A stretch of 64,000 nt of DNA from Mobula birostris (Eukaryota): the NCBI RefSeq assembly GCF_030028105.1, contig NC_092379.1, positions 20,065,309-20,129,308 on the forward strand, read 5' to 3'. The notes under the pieces are model-generated. The model was not told the DNA's origin. It did no database searches and saw only the letters and a program-made list of their open reading frames with translations. Below, piece by piece: positions 1-10,619 of this stretch (positions within the stretch are counted from its first letter, which is position 1; every line of letters begins with the position of its first letter). Made by a program: the position numbers and the translations under genes.

Positions 1-1012
1 TAAATTCAATAACTATTTATAAATGATAGCTATCAACCCTTTTTGGAGTGGTTTAAACTGAAAGAGAGCATCTGTCATATTAGGTGGATAAGCAGAAGGG
101 TAATTTGGCAGCAAACCATGTAAAAAATTCCTAATTTGTAAATATTTAAAAAAGTGTACATTAGATAAGTCATATTTATCCACTAACTGAGAAAAAGACA
201 TTAAACAACCTCCCAAAAACAAATCTGAAAAAGTTATTATTCCCCTGGTTTTCCAAGTTAAAAAGGCCCTATCCAAAATTGATGGTTTAAAAAAATAATT
301 GAAGTGGATATTACTAGAAAGAACAAAATTATTTAACTCAAAAAATCTACGAAACTGAAATGTCTGTTGCAAAAATGCCATCCCCTTCTAGCAATTCCTC
401 CATCTCTGCCACATCTGCTCTCAGGATGAGGCCTTTCATTCCAGGAAGAAGGAGATGTCCTCCTTTTTTAAAGAAAGGGGCTTCCTTTCCTTCACCATCC
501 ACTCTGCTCTCAAAAGCATCTCTCCCATTTCACACACATCTGCTCTCACTCCATCCTCCCGCCACCCCACAAGGAATAGGGTTCCCCTTGTCCTCACCTA
601 CCACCCCGCCAGCCTCCGGGTCCAACATATTATTCTCCGTACTTCCACTACCTCCAACAGGATCCCACCACTAAGCACATCTTTCCCTCCCCTCTCTCTG
701 CTTTCTGCAGGGATTGCTCCCTACGTGACTCCCTTGTCCATTCGTTCCCCCATCCCTTGCCACCGATCTCTCTCCTGGCACTTATCCTTGTATGTGGAAC
801 AAGTGCTACACATGCCCTTACACTTCCTCCCTCACCACCATTCAGGGCCCCAGACAGTCCTTCCAGGTGAGGCGATACTTCACCTGTGAGTTGACTGGGG
901 TGATATACTGCGTCCGGTGCTCCCGATGCGGCCTTCTATATATTGGCGAGACCTGACACAGGCTGGGAGACCATTTCACTGAACACCTACGCTCTGTCTG
1001 CCAGAGATAGCA

Positions 1013-1537
1013 GGATGTTCTACGAGTCTGTGATGACCAGTGCTATCATATTTGCTGTTGTGTGCTGGGGCAGCAGGCTGAGGGTGGTAGACACCAACAG
1101 AATCAACAAACTCATTCGTAAGGCCAGGGATGTGTGGGGATGGAACTGGACTCTCTCATGGTGGTGTCTGAAAAGAGGATGCTGTCTAAGTTGCATGCCA
1201 TCTTGGTCAATGTCTCCGATCCACTACATAATGTACTGGGTGAGCACAGGAGTACATTCAGCCAGAGACTCATTCCACCGAGATGCAGCACTGAGCGTCA
1301 TAGGAAGTCATTCCTGCCTGTGGCCATCAAACTTTACAACTCCCCCCTTGGAGGGTCAGACATCCTGAGCTAATAGGCTGGTCCTGGACTTATTTCATAA
1401 TTTACTGGCATAATTTACATATTACTATTTAACTATTTATGGTTCTATTACTATTTATTATTTATGGAGCAACTGTAACGAAAACCAATTTCCCCCGGGA
1501 TCAATAAAGTATGACTATGACTATGACTATGACTATC
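1013..1537 (+). mobile_element. Rex1/Babar-like LINE 3' fragment nested in the Penelope-like element
   Basis: ORF2 C-terminus FYESV..SAIIFAVVCWG...RRMLSKL...RKSFLPVAIKLYN; AATAAA followed by a (TATGAC)n tail at ~1510-1537; Penelope sequence resumes immediately after. Confidence 0.7.
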
Positions 1538-2017
1538 TCCCAGTGACCATACATTTTAATTCCATATCCCATTCCCATTCTGAAATGTCTATCCACAGCC
1601 TCCTCTACTGTCAAGATGAAGCCACACTCAGTTTGGAAGGACTACACCTTATATTCTGGATAGCCTCCAACCTGATGGCATGAACATTGACTTCTCTAAC
1701 TTCCGTTAATGCCCCACCTCCCCTTCGTACCCCATCTGTTATTTATTTATCTTTTATTATTATATATATATTTTTTTCTCTCTCCTTTTTCTCCCTCTGT
1801 CTCTCTCACTGTACATCTTGCCCATCCTCTGGGCTTTCCCCTCCCCCTTTCTTTCTCCCTTGGCCTCCCGTCCGTCCCATGATCCTCTCATATCCCTTCT
1901 GCCAATCAACTTTCCAGCTCTTAGCTCCATCCCTTCCCCCTCCTGTCTTCTCCTATCATTTCGGTTCTCCCCCTCCCCCTCCCATTTTCAAATCTCTTAC
2001 TATCTCTTCTTTCAGTT

Positions 2018-2053
2018 AGTCCTGACGAAGGGTCTCGGCCTGAAACGTCAACT
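2018..2053 (+). ncRNA. Minimal type I hammerhead ribozyme motif (one stem I mismatch)
   Basis: AGTC-CTGACGA-AGGGTCTCGGCCT-GAAAC-GTC-AACT: CUGANGA and GAAA cores, short stem II, GUC cleavage triplet. Confidence 0.55.
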
Positions 2054-4440
2054 GTACCTCTTCCTATAGATGCTGCCTGGCCTGTTGCGTTCACCAGCAA
2101 TTTTTATGTGTGTTGCTCCAAATTCTTAACGTATGTTTAACAATGGAATTAAAGTCTTGTCTACTAATCTTAGAAAACAAAAAGGGAAGAGGAGCTTCCA
2201 GTAAAGAGGCCAAAGAGAACCTCTTCACTGAGTTTTCCTCCAAATCCAACCATGAAGGACATTTGAATAATGAATCCAAAATTAATATATCTAATATTAA
2301 TTGCCCAATAATACATTCTAAAATTTGGCAAAACCATACTACCATCCTTTTTTATTTTCTGCAATACAGCTTTACTCAATCTAGGATTTTTATTATTCCA
2401 AATATACGATAAGATTATCGAGTCTATTCTGTCAAAAAATATTTTAGGACCAAAGGAAGGAAATATATATAAAAATTTCGGTAGAACTATCATTTTAATA
2501 GCATTAATTCGACCTATTAATGAGAATGTCATAGGTGACTATTTAGAAAGCATTTGTCGGGTGTAATCAATTAATGGGAGAAAATTATATTTATACAGGT
2601 CCTTTAAAATTTTTAGTAATTTTAATACCAAGATAAATAAAGTAATATTTAGCAATACTAAAAGGTACTTGATGTTATTGATCCGTGTAACTATTAATGG
2701 GAAATAACTCACTTTTATGTAAATTTAATTTATATCCAGAAAAACTACTGAATTCAGAAAATATAGACAACATAGAAGGAATAGATTTCCTAGGATCTGA
2801 AATATAAACTAACAGGTCATCTGTATACAACGAAACCTTGTGTACTTTGTCCCCTCTCTTAATACCCGGAACAGTATTGGAATCTCTAAGAGCAATAGCA
2901 AGGGGTTCTAAAGCCAAGTTAAATAATAAAGGGCTTAGAGGACATCCCTGCCGAGTGCCTCTGTATAATCTAAAGTAAGGAGAGTTTTGATTATTGGTTA
3001 TAACTGCAGCCATAGGGGCTTGATAGATCAATTTGATTCAGGAAATAAATCGTAGACCAAAATTAAATCTTTCCAAAACCTCAAGTAAGTAAGACCACTC
3101 CACCCTATCCAAGGCTTTCTCTGCATCAAGAGAAACAATACATTCAGATTCTTTTGATGAAAAAGAGTGAATAATGTTTAATAATCTTCCAATGTTAAAA
3201 TGTGAATATCTATTTTTAATAAATCCAGTTTGATTATTGGAAATAACACTAGGTAAAATACTCTGAAGTCTATTGGCCAAGATCTTAGAAAGAATTTTAA
3301 AATCCACATTCAGTGGAGTGATTGGTCTACAGGAAGCGCATTCAGATAAATCTTTTTCTTTGGGGGGAATTAATGAGATTGATGCTTCATAAAAAGTTTT
3401 CGGGAGATTCCCAGAGATATAGAATCAGTGAAAATTTGACATAAATCAGATGAAAGTATTTCAGTGAAAGTCTTATAAAATTCCACTGTATATCCATCTG
3501 GTCCCGGAGCCTTACCTGGTTGGGAAGAGGATATAGCTCTTGCTATTTCCTCTTGTTTAATAGGTGCATCTAATGTATTCATATCTTGGATAGAAATTTT
3601 AGGTATATTCATTTTTTGCAAAAATCTATTCATAAAAGTAATATTGCCTGAAAATTCAGATTTATAAAGGTTAGAGTTGAAATCCATAAATACCTTATTA
3701 ATTTCATAAGGATCTACCATTTCGGTTCTATCAGGTCTTCGTATTTTCAGGATCTGTCTTCTAGCTATATTTGCTTTTAATTGACCAGCCAATAATTTGT
3801 CTGACCTGTCCCCATGTATATTAAATTGACTTTTAGATTTAAGAAGTTGTTGCTCAATAGGAAAAGTCAAAAGAAAATCATGCTGTGTTTGGAGTTCCAC
3901 CCTTTCCTTAAATAGATCTTCACTAGGCATTACTGAATAAACTTCATCTATTTCTTTAATCCTATTAGTAATCACTAGAAGTTCAGCCTTGGTTTTCCTT
4001 CTTAAACCTACTGAGTATGAAATTATCTGCCCCCTAAGAAAAGATTTCATCATATCCCAAATAACCAAATTTGACATTCCTTCAGTTGTATTTAAGTCAA
4101 AAAATAGAGAAATTTGCTCTTTAATAAAATTTACAAAGGTTGAATCTTGTAACAATGTAGCATTAAATCTCCACTGAGGTATCTTCAGAATATTATCAGA
4201 AAACTTCAAAGTTAATTTCATGGGTGCATGATCCGACAATGCAATCACATCATATGCACAATCAGCAACAGAGGGCACCAATCGCATGTCCAGCAAAAAA
4301 AAAAAATCAATTCTTGAGTATTTATGGTATACATGTGAAAAAAAGAAAAATCCTTATCTTTAGGATATCTAAATCTCCAAATATCAACCAACCCATATTC
4401 TAATAAAAAAGAATTTATACAAGTCGCAACTTTATTAGGA

Positions 4441-5651
4441 ACATATAGAACATAGAATAGTACAGCACAGTACAGGCCCTTCGATCCACAATGTTGTGCC
4501 GACCCTTAGACCCTGCCTGCCATATAACCCCCCACCTTAATTCCTCCATATACCTGTCTAGTTATCTCTTAAACTTCTCTAGTGTATCTGCCTCCACCAC
4601 TGACTCAGGCAGTGCATTCCACGCACAAACCACTCTCTGAGTAAAAAACCTTCATCTGATATCCCCCTTGAACTTTTCACCCCTTACCTTAAAGCCATGC
4701 CCTCTTGTATTGAGCCGTGGTGCCCTGGGGAAGAGGTGCTGACTGTCCACTCTATCTATTCCTCTTATTATCTTGTACACCTCTATCATGTCTCCTCTCA
4801 TACTCCTTCTCTCCAAAGAGTAAAGCCCTAGCTCCTTTAATCTCTGATCATAATGCATACTCTCTAAACCAGACAGCATCCTGGTAAACCTCCTCTGTAG
4901 CCTTTCCAATGCTTCCACATCTTTCCTATAGTGAGGCGACCAGAACTGGACACAGTACTCCAAGTGTGGCCTAACCAGAGTTTTATAGAGCTGCATCATT
5001 ACATCGCGGCTCTTAAACTCTATCCCTCGACTTATGAAAGCTAACACCCCATAAGCTTTCTTAACTACCCTATCCACCTGTGAGGCAACTTTCAGGGATC
5101 TGTGGACATGTACCCCCAGATCCCTCTGCTCCTCCAGACTACCAAGTATCCTGCCATTTACTTTGTACTCTGCCTTGGAGTTTGTCCCTCCAAAATGTAC
5201 CACCTCACACTTCTCCGGTTTGAACTCCATCTGCCACTTCTCAGCCCACTTCTGCATCCTATCAATGTCTCTCTGCAATCCTTGACAATCCTCTACACTA
5301 TCTACAACACCACCAACCTTTGTGTGGTCTGCGAACTTGCCAACTCACCCTTCTACCCCCACATCCAGGTCGTTAATAAAAATCACAAAAAGTAGAGGTC
5401 CCAGAACAGATCCGTGTGGGATACCACTAGTGACAATCCTCCAATCTGAATGTACTCCCTCGACCATGACCCTCTGCCTTCTGCAGGCAAGCCAGTTCTG
5501 AATCCACCTGGCCAAATTTCCCTGGATCCCATGCCTTCTGACTTTCTGAATAAGCCTACCATGTGGAACCTTGTCAAATGCCTTACTAAAATCCATATAG
5601 ATCACATCCACTGCACTACCCTCATCTAAATGCCTGGTCACCTCCTCAAGC
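4441..5651 (-). mobile_element. 5'-truncated CR1 LINE nested in L1 ORF2
   Basis: [54 protein letters not shown]; simple-repeat tail at ~4441-4460. Confidence 0.9.
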
Positions 5652-8277
5652 GACAGATTGGTGGACGATCTGTCAATCGACGGATTGAGACAGCAGTTGA
5701 AGTCACCGCCCATAATCAACTTATATTCATTTAAATTTGGCAGCACAGAAAATAGCTTCTTAAAAAATTCAGGGCTATCTATATTAGGTGCATAAACACA
5801 CACCAAAGCCACCTTTTGACCAAATAACAGACCAGTAACAATTAAATATCTTCCAATTAAATTAGTAACAGTATTAAAATGTACAAAAGGGATTTTAGAA
5901 TTAATAAAAATAGATACCCCTCTTATTTTATTTACTGATAAATAATGAAATAAGGGTTCCTTCCAAAATTAAATAAACGATTTTCATCCTGCCTATGGAT
6001 ATGAGTCTCCTGCGCAAAAATAATATCTGCATGAAGTGTTTTTAGTTTCTTAAAAATCTTTCTGCATTTAATAGGTTGGTTCATACCATTCAGATTCCAA
6101 GATATTATGTTAATTTTATTAAGATCCATATTTAAAGTTTAATTTAAAATTTTATAAAGTAAGCTAATCTGCAGGCGCAGACTAAATCCGAAGAAAGGAC
6201 AAAGCATGACTCGATCAGAAAGAAAACCAAGATAATTGACAAAAAAACCTCTCAGGACTGCCCAGCTGAAAAAAAACTCTAATCTAATAGACCCACCCCC
6301 CCTCCCCCAGAGACCTCGAAACCGTCCAATAGGCAGGCAGTATGCCACTCTAATGACCCTTGACACGGTCTCTAGTTAGCAGCCCGTTTACAAAGTAATA
6401 CGTTACCACCACCAAAAAGACATAACAAAGGATACATAAAAAAAAAAGTTCCAAATATTTTCGTATTACGTCTAACCATAGTTAACACCTTACTAACAAC
6501 GGCCATCTAAAAGTCATTTAAAATACGTGACCATGTATTCAAAAAAAGATAAATCCAACCAACTAATATACTACAACTAATGTTAAAGACTTACAAATCA
6601 AAGAAAAAATAAGTAAATATATATAATCCAAACTATATTAACTACTAAAGCAAACAACAACAAATCTAAGTAAGTCAACCAAGTCCATGTCTGGGGACTC
6701 ATAAAATGTGGAGCAGACTTTCATCGAAGCCGTTACAAACAGCTCCCAGCTAAGGATTAACTTTTCAAATTGCTTGTGAAATAGGCTTAAACTCCTTTAT
6801 AAATTTCCAACCGTCTTCTGGGGAGTCAACCCGTTTTGGACGAGTATTAGGTGGAGTAATTATCAGTTGAGCCGGAAAGCGCAGAGAGGGACAACAGTTA
6901 ATCTTACAAAGTTCAGCCACGACTTCCCGATATTTAATTCTTTCAGCATAAATCTCTGGGGTAAAATCTTCAACTGTACGAATCTTTACGTCGTTATATA
7001 TTAGCTTATCCCTTTTGCTTACATCCTAGACAATAGCTTCTTTGGTTGTAAAATAATGTGAGCACAATATCACAGGACGTAGTTTCATTTCAGCTGAAGG
7101 CTTAGGACGTCGAATTCGGTGGGCTCTGTCCAGTATCGGACAGGCTTCAAGAATAGCACTAAAAAGTGAATGTAACAAGTTCGAAAAAAACTTTAATGGC
7201 TCATTGGTTTCCGTATTTTCAGGCAAGTCCAGTATGCATAAATTCATCCTGTGACCTCTGCTTTCCAGATCGATCGTTTTCTTCTTAATTCTTGATAACT
7301 CCGAAGTAACCTCATTAATTTTCTTTTCCATAAGAGACATCTTCAATTCTTGTTCTTTAATAGTTTGACTTATTGACTCCTGTTCTCTTTCCATTCTATG
7401 AGTGCTCTGTTCAAGCATCTGATATTGAACTTCCAGATTCTTCAAAGATTCCTGAACAGCGAAAGTGATTTTTTCAAACTTTTCATTAGCGTTCATCAAC
7501 TTATCGATTTTGGTGTCCACCGTACCGATATTCGCATTAATAGCTTCTATTAAAGACAGCATTCTTTCTGAAGTAGAGACTTCCTCTGATTTCTTTGTTT
7601 GTTCAACTTCAGGAAGAGTTTTGCCACCTCTTAATTCGATTCCAGCTCGAGTATCAGCCATTGTAATTAAATTGTAAATCCTTCAGCAAAAGTAATAAAT
7701 CTTCAAACTTTAAATTAATCTAACAGTAAGTTGTGAAAGATGGACCCGCGACAAATACGTCTTACTCCATGAGCTGTCAAGAGGAGACTGGAAATCTTGA
7801 ATCTGCTGCATTTTATAGCTTCCAGTGACGTTAATCTATTCAGTTTAATCAATGAGAGTCGCTGAACACAGCAACTCGACAGAAAGTGGAACCCAGTCCC
7901 TGGACTTGCATCATCCTGTGCTGTTTGTTCCATCTCCCCTGGAGCAGGGGGTGGCAGTCTAAGCTGTGTACGTGTGAGAGGGGGTGAGAACCTGTGGAAC
8001 TCTCTCCCACAGAAAGCACTTGAAGAATTATCACCTAATATTCAAGAATGGGTTGTATATACTTCTTCGGGTGAATGGGACAAAGGATATCCGGAGAAAG
8101 CAGGAACAGGAATTGAATTTGGATGATCAGCCGAGACCAGATAGAATGGTTGAGCAGATCGAGAGACCCAGTGACCTGCTCCTGTTCCCATTTTCTATAG
8201 TCTATCACAGTGCTGGATGGTGATAAATCTGTCCAATTTCTAAGATCAGACTCACACTAAATTCTGTTCACACGTAC

Positions 8278-8584
8278 CTTTGTTCTTCCTGATGGATTTC
8301 TTCACCGGTGTTGGCAAACTCTTGTCCTCTATCACACACGAGTACTCAGCCCCACTGTTCCACTCTGCAGCAAGGACTGTCAGACTGCTGTTGATCACCT
8401 CTTCACCTCCGTTGCTGTCTTGACCCAGAGTCCTCACCCCATCTTCCTTCTTCCTTCCGTCCATCTCTCAGGTGACACTGAATCCCTGTAAATCACTGTG
8501 AACCACCTCACACAGAATGGTCATTGCCTCTTTGTTCAGATCTCTTTGAAGGAAGATATGCTTAAAGTGACTGAGGGTGGGTAT
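8278..8584 (-). pseudogene. Full-length but inactivated Ig heavy constant exon type C (IgW C5 / IgNAR C4-like)
   Basis: AG acceptor (8585-8586) and GT donor (8276-8277) present, but exon is 307 nt. Two 1-nt deletions and two TGA at conserved Trp positions (EI*, VT*). 3' half reads ...LTVLAAEWNSGAEYSCVIEDKSLPTPVKKSIRKNK. Confidence 0.85.
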
Positions 8585-9399
8585 CTGAACAGTCATCTGG
8601 GAGAAACATCACAATCTCTGGTCAATTATTTTCCAGTCCCATTAAGATAGATGAGACCTATCTACACTGGTAAAGAAAGGAATCTCGCCTATTGAGCAGA
8701 CAGGGTGAACACCCTGAATGAAGATAAATAAACAAGATTTCCCTTACATTGCTTTTGCAGTTTCATGGTCTCCTAAACTGTACAAATATAGAAAATACCC
8801 AGCCTTTCAAAGTGTGTCTGTGGAACGGGAAACAGAGCCAAGACTAACTTGAAAATATTCCAGAAAATACACATCATATTTCAAAACTTAAATATCAGAA
8901 ATATTTAGTTTTTGTCACAATTATTTAAATGCACTTTTTTTCTCTATGAGATGTAACTAAAATTAGCCAGTGCTTTGTCAGAATATTGTGTGTTCAGCCT
9001 GCCCTCCAGAGGCTTCTACACATTGTACAGGCTGACTATTCCCACACAGGAGCAGAAGGAGAGCTGCTCTGCTGGAAATTCAGTCACATCTGAGGCTGGG
9101 ATATTGTTCAAACGCAGAGGGAGACAGCATTTTGAACAGATCTCCAGAGTGCCTCTCCAGTGAAATAGTCTGGATTCCTTTCAAGTTATCAACGTATTTT
9201 CTGAGATAAAATTATCTCTACGGTGAAGCTTCTGGATTATGCGGGTTGAGAGCGAAAAACAAATGGATCATTGGCCGATTTAAGTGCCATTCTAGATTAG
9301 AAAGATTAAGACGAGAAGAACTAAAGAGAAGGCCGAACCAACAATTGGCCAATTTAAGTGCTAATTGAGATTAAAAGGATTAAGGCGTTGAGGGTGAAG

Positions 9400-9797
9400 G
9401 TGAAGTAGGAACCAGTATTCAGCTCACGACTCTATGAGGCTTCACTCGCCTCAGTACTGAACTGACTCTGCAGCTGCGGCCTGCAGCCATCGGCACTCAC
9501 CTCAGCACTGAGCCTGGCTCCACGGCCGTGGCCTGCAGCCATCGGTCTCCTGGACCGGTTGCAGTGCTGAACTGGCACCTGGCTGTGGATTTACTTCAGG
9601 GGGCTCTGCAGTTCAGTTTCTGTGGGTTGTTTGTTTGAAATTTTTTATTGTTTGCACAATTTGTTCTTTCCTTTTCACACACTGAATGTTTGACTCTGAA
9701 TTCTATTGTGTTTCTTTGTTTTGTGGCTGCCTGCAAGAAGAGAATCTCAAGGTTGTGTATGGTGCACATACTTTGATAATAAATGTACTTCGAACTT
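9400..9797 (+). repeat. Non-coding interspersed element embedded in every post-B intron (other copies ~20560-20690 partial, 22440-22930, 27860-28365, 30230-30730, 36770-37255)
   Basis: Near-identical GC-rich core (gcactgaactgactctgcagctgcggcc) and LINE-type 3' end (ataataaatgtactttgaacttt) in each copy. Confidence 0.7.
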
Positions 9798-9909
9798 TAC
9801 CAGTTCAGTCACATAACTAAACCAGGGCTACACTGTGACTTCGTGCTGACCTTGAATTCATAGCACAATGTAAACAATTTCAATAATGGGTTGAGTCCCA
9901 GGACCCTAC

Positions 9910-10227
9910 CGTGGACATTCTTCACTTGCTTCTTGATACTGCTGTTGGAGGGGGGATGAATCACTGTACAGCTGAAGCCTGATTCTGACTTCCACTCCTG
10001 TAAACTCACGGTCAGGAAGTGTCTGGCACTGAAAGTCCACCCCTGCTCCAGAGCGGTCGGTGTTGCGCTGGTGTTGGAGGTGATCACGGTGCTGCCTTTC
10101 TCCCAGGTGACATTTATTTGGTCCGGGTAGAATCCAGAGACCACACACTCCAGTGTGGCCGTTTTCCAATTCTTGGTCTCTTCCTGTGATGGAGGCAGCA
10201 GACTGACCTTAGGATATTTTATCTCGA
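9910..10227 (-). CDS. Ig heavy constant exon type B, unit 5 (IgW C4 / IgNAR C3-like), intact
   Basis: 318 nt, phase 1/1, AG/GT; C1-set motifs TLECVVSGFYPDQINVTW and FSCTVIHPPS. Confidence 0.92.
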
Positions 10228-10315
10228 CTGGAGCAGACAAGAAAACAAAGGAAATATCAAACATTTTGACTCAGGTAACTAATGTTGGCCATTTAATCGC
10301 TGGTCTCTTACCCAC

Positions 10316-10618
10316 CTTTGGTACTATTGGTCCGTGCTGACACTCGGGAAGATGAAGGAGATTCCTGAGCGGAGCACTCATACTCCACCCCACTGAACCA
10401 CTCCTCCACACTGATCTGGAGTTCACTGAGCACTCTGTATCGGGACCCGTCCATCTCCGCTTGATGGGTGTCAATTCCTTCAGTTTTCTCCTTCCCGCCC
10501 ACGTGCCAAGAGATGTGGATATCTTTAGGATCTGTACAGATAACCGTGCACTTTACAATAGCAGTCTTGTCGATCCACATCTCTTCATTGTCGGGATTTT
10601 GAATAAAGACAGACAATT
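10316..10618 (-). CDS. Ig heavy constant exon type A, unit 5 (IgW C3 / IgNAR C2-like), intact
   Basis: 303 nt, phase 1/1, AG/GT; EEMWIDKTAIVKC...SW...SVEEWFSGVEYECSA. Confidence 0.92.
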
Positions 10619-10619
10619 C

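Larger units (their letters stand above)
362..2107 (+). mobile_element. Penelope-like retroelement 3' part (GIY-YIG endonuclease remnant plus 3' UTR), nested in the L1
   Basis: Translates to RVPLVLTYHP and GVIYCVRCSRCGLLYIGET (GIY-YIG). Same pyrimidine-rich 3' tail recurs at 62560-63035 and 49695-49915. Confidence 0.8.
1..7870 (-). mobile_element. Decayed near-full-length L1-clade LINE, split by nested insertions at ~362-2107 and ~4441-5651; 3' end runs off the window
   Basis: ORF1-like 7026-7661 (coiled-coil then DLESRGHRMNL...LDRAHRI). APE endonuclease start at 6129 (IISWNLNG...FAQETH; LIMGGDFN). RT motifs at 2675-3307 (LDAEKALDRVEW, RGTRQGCPLSPLLF, LYTDDLL). ORF2 frame rejoins across the 362-2107 insert (HTLRIW / FQFRRFF). 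Confidence 0.9.
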
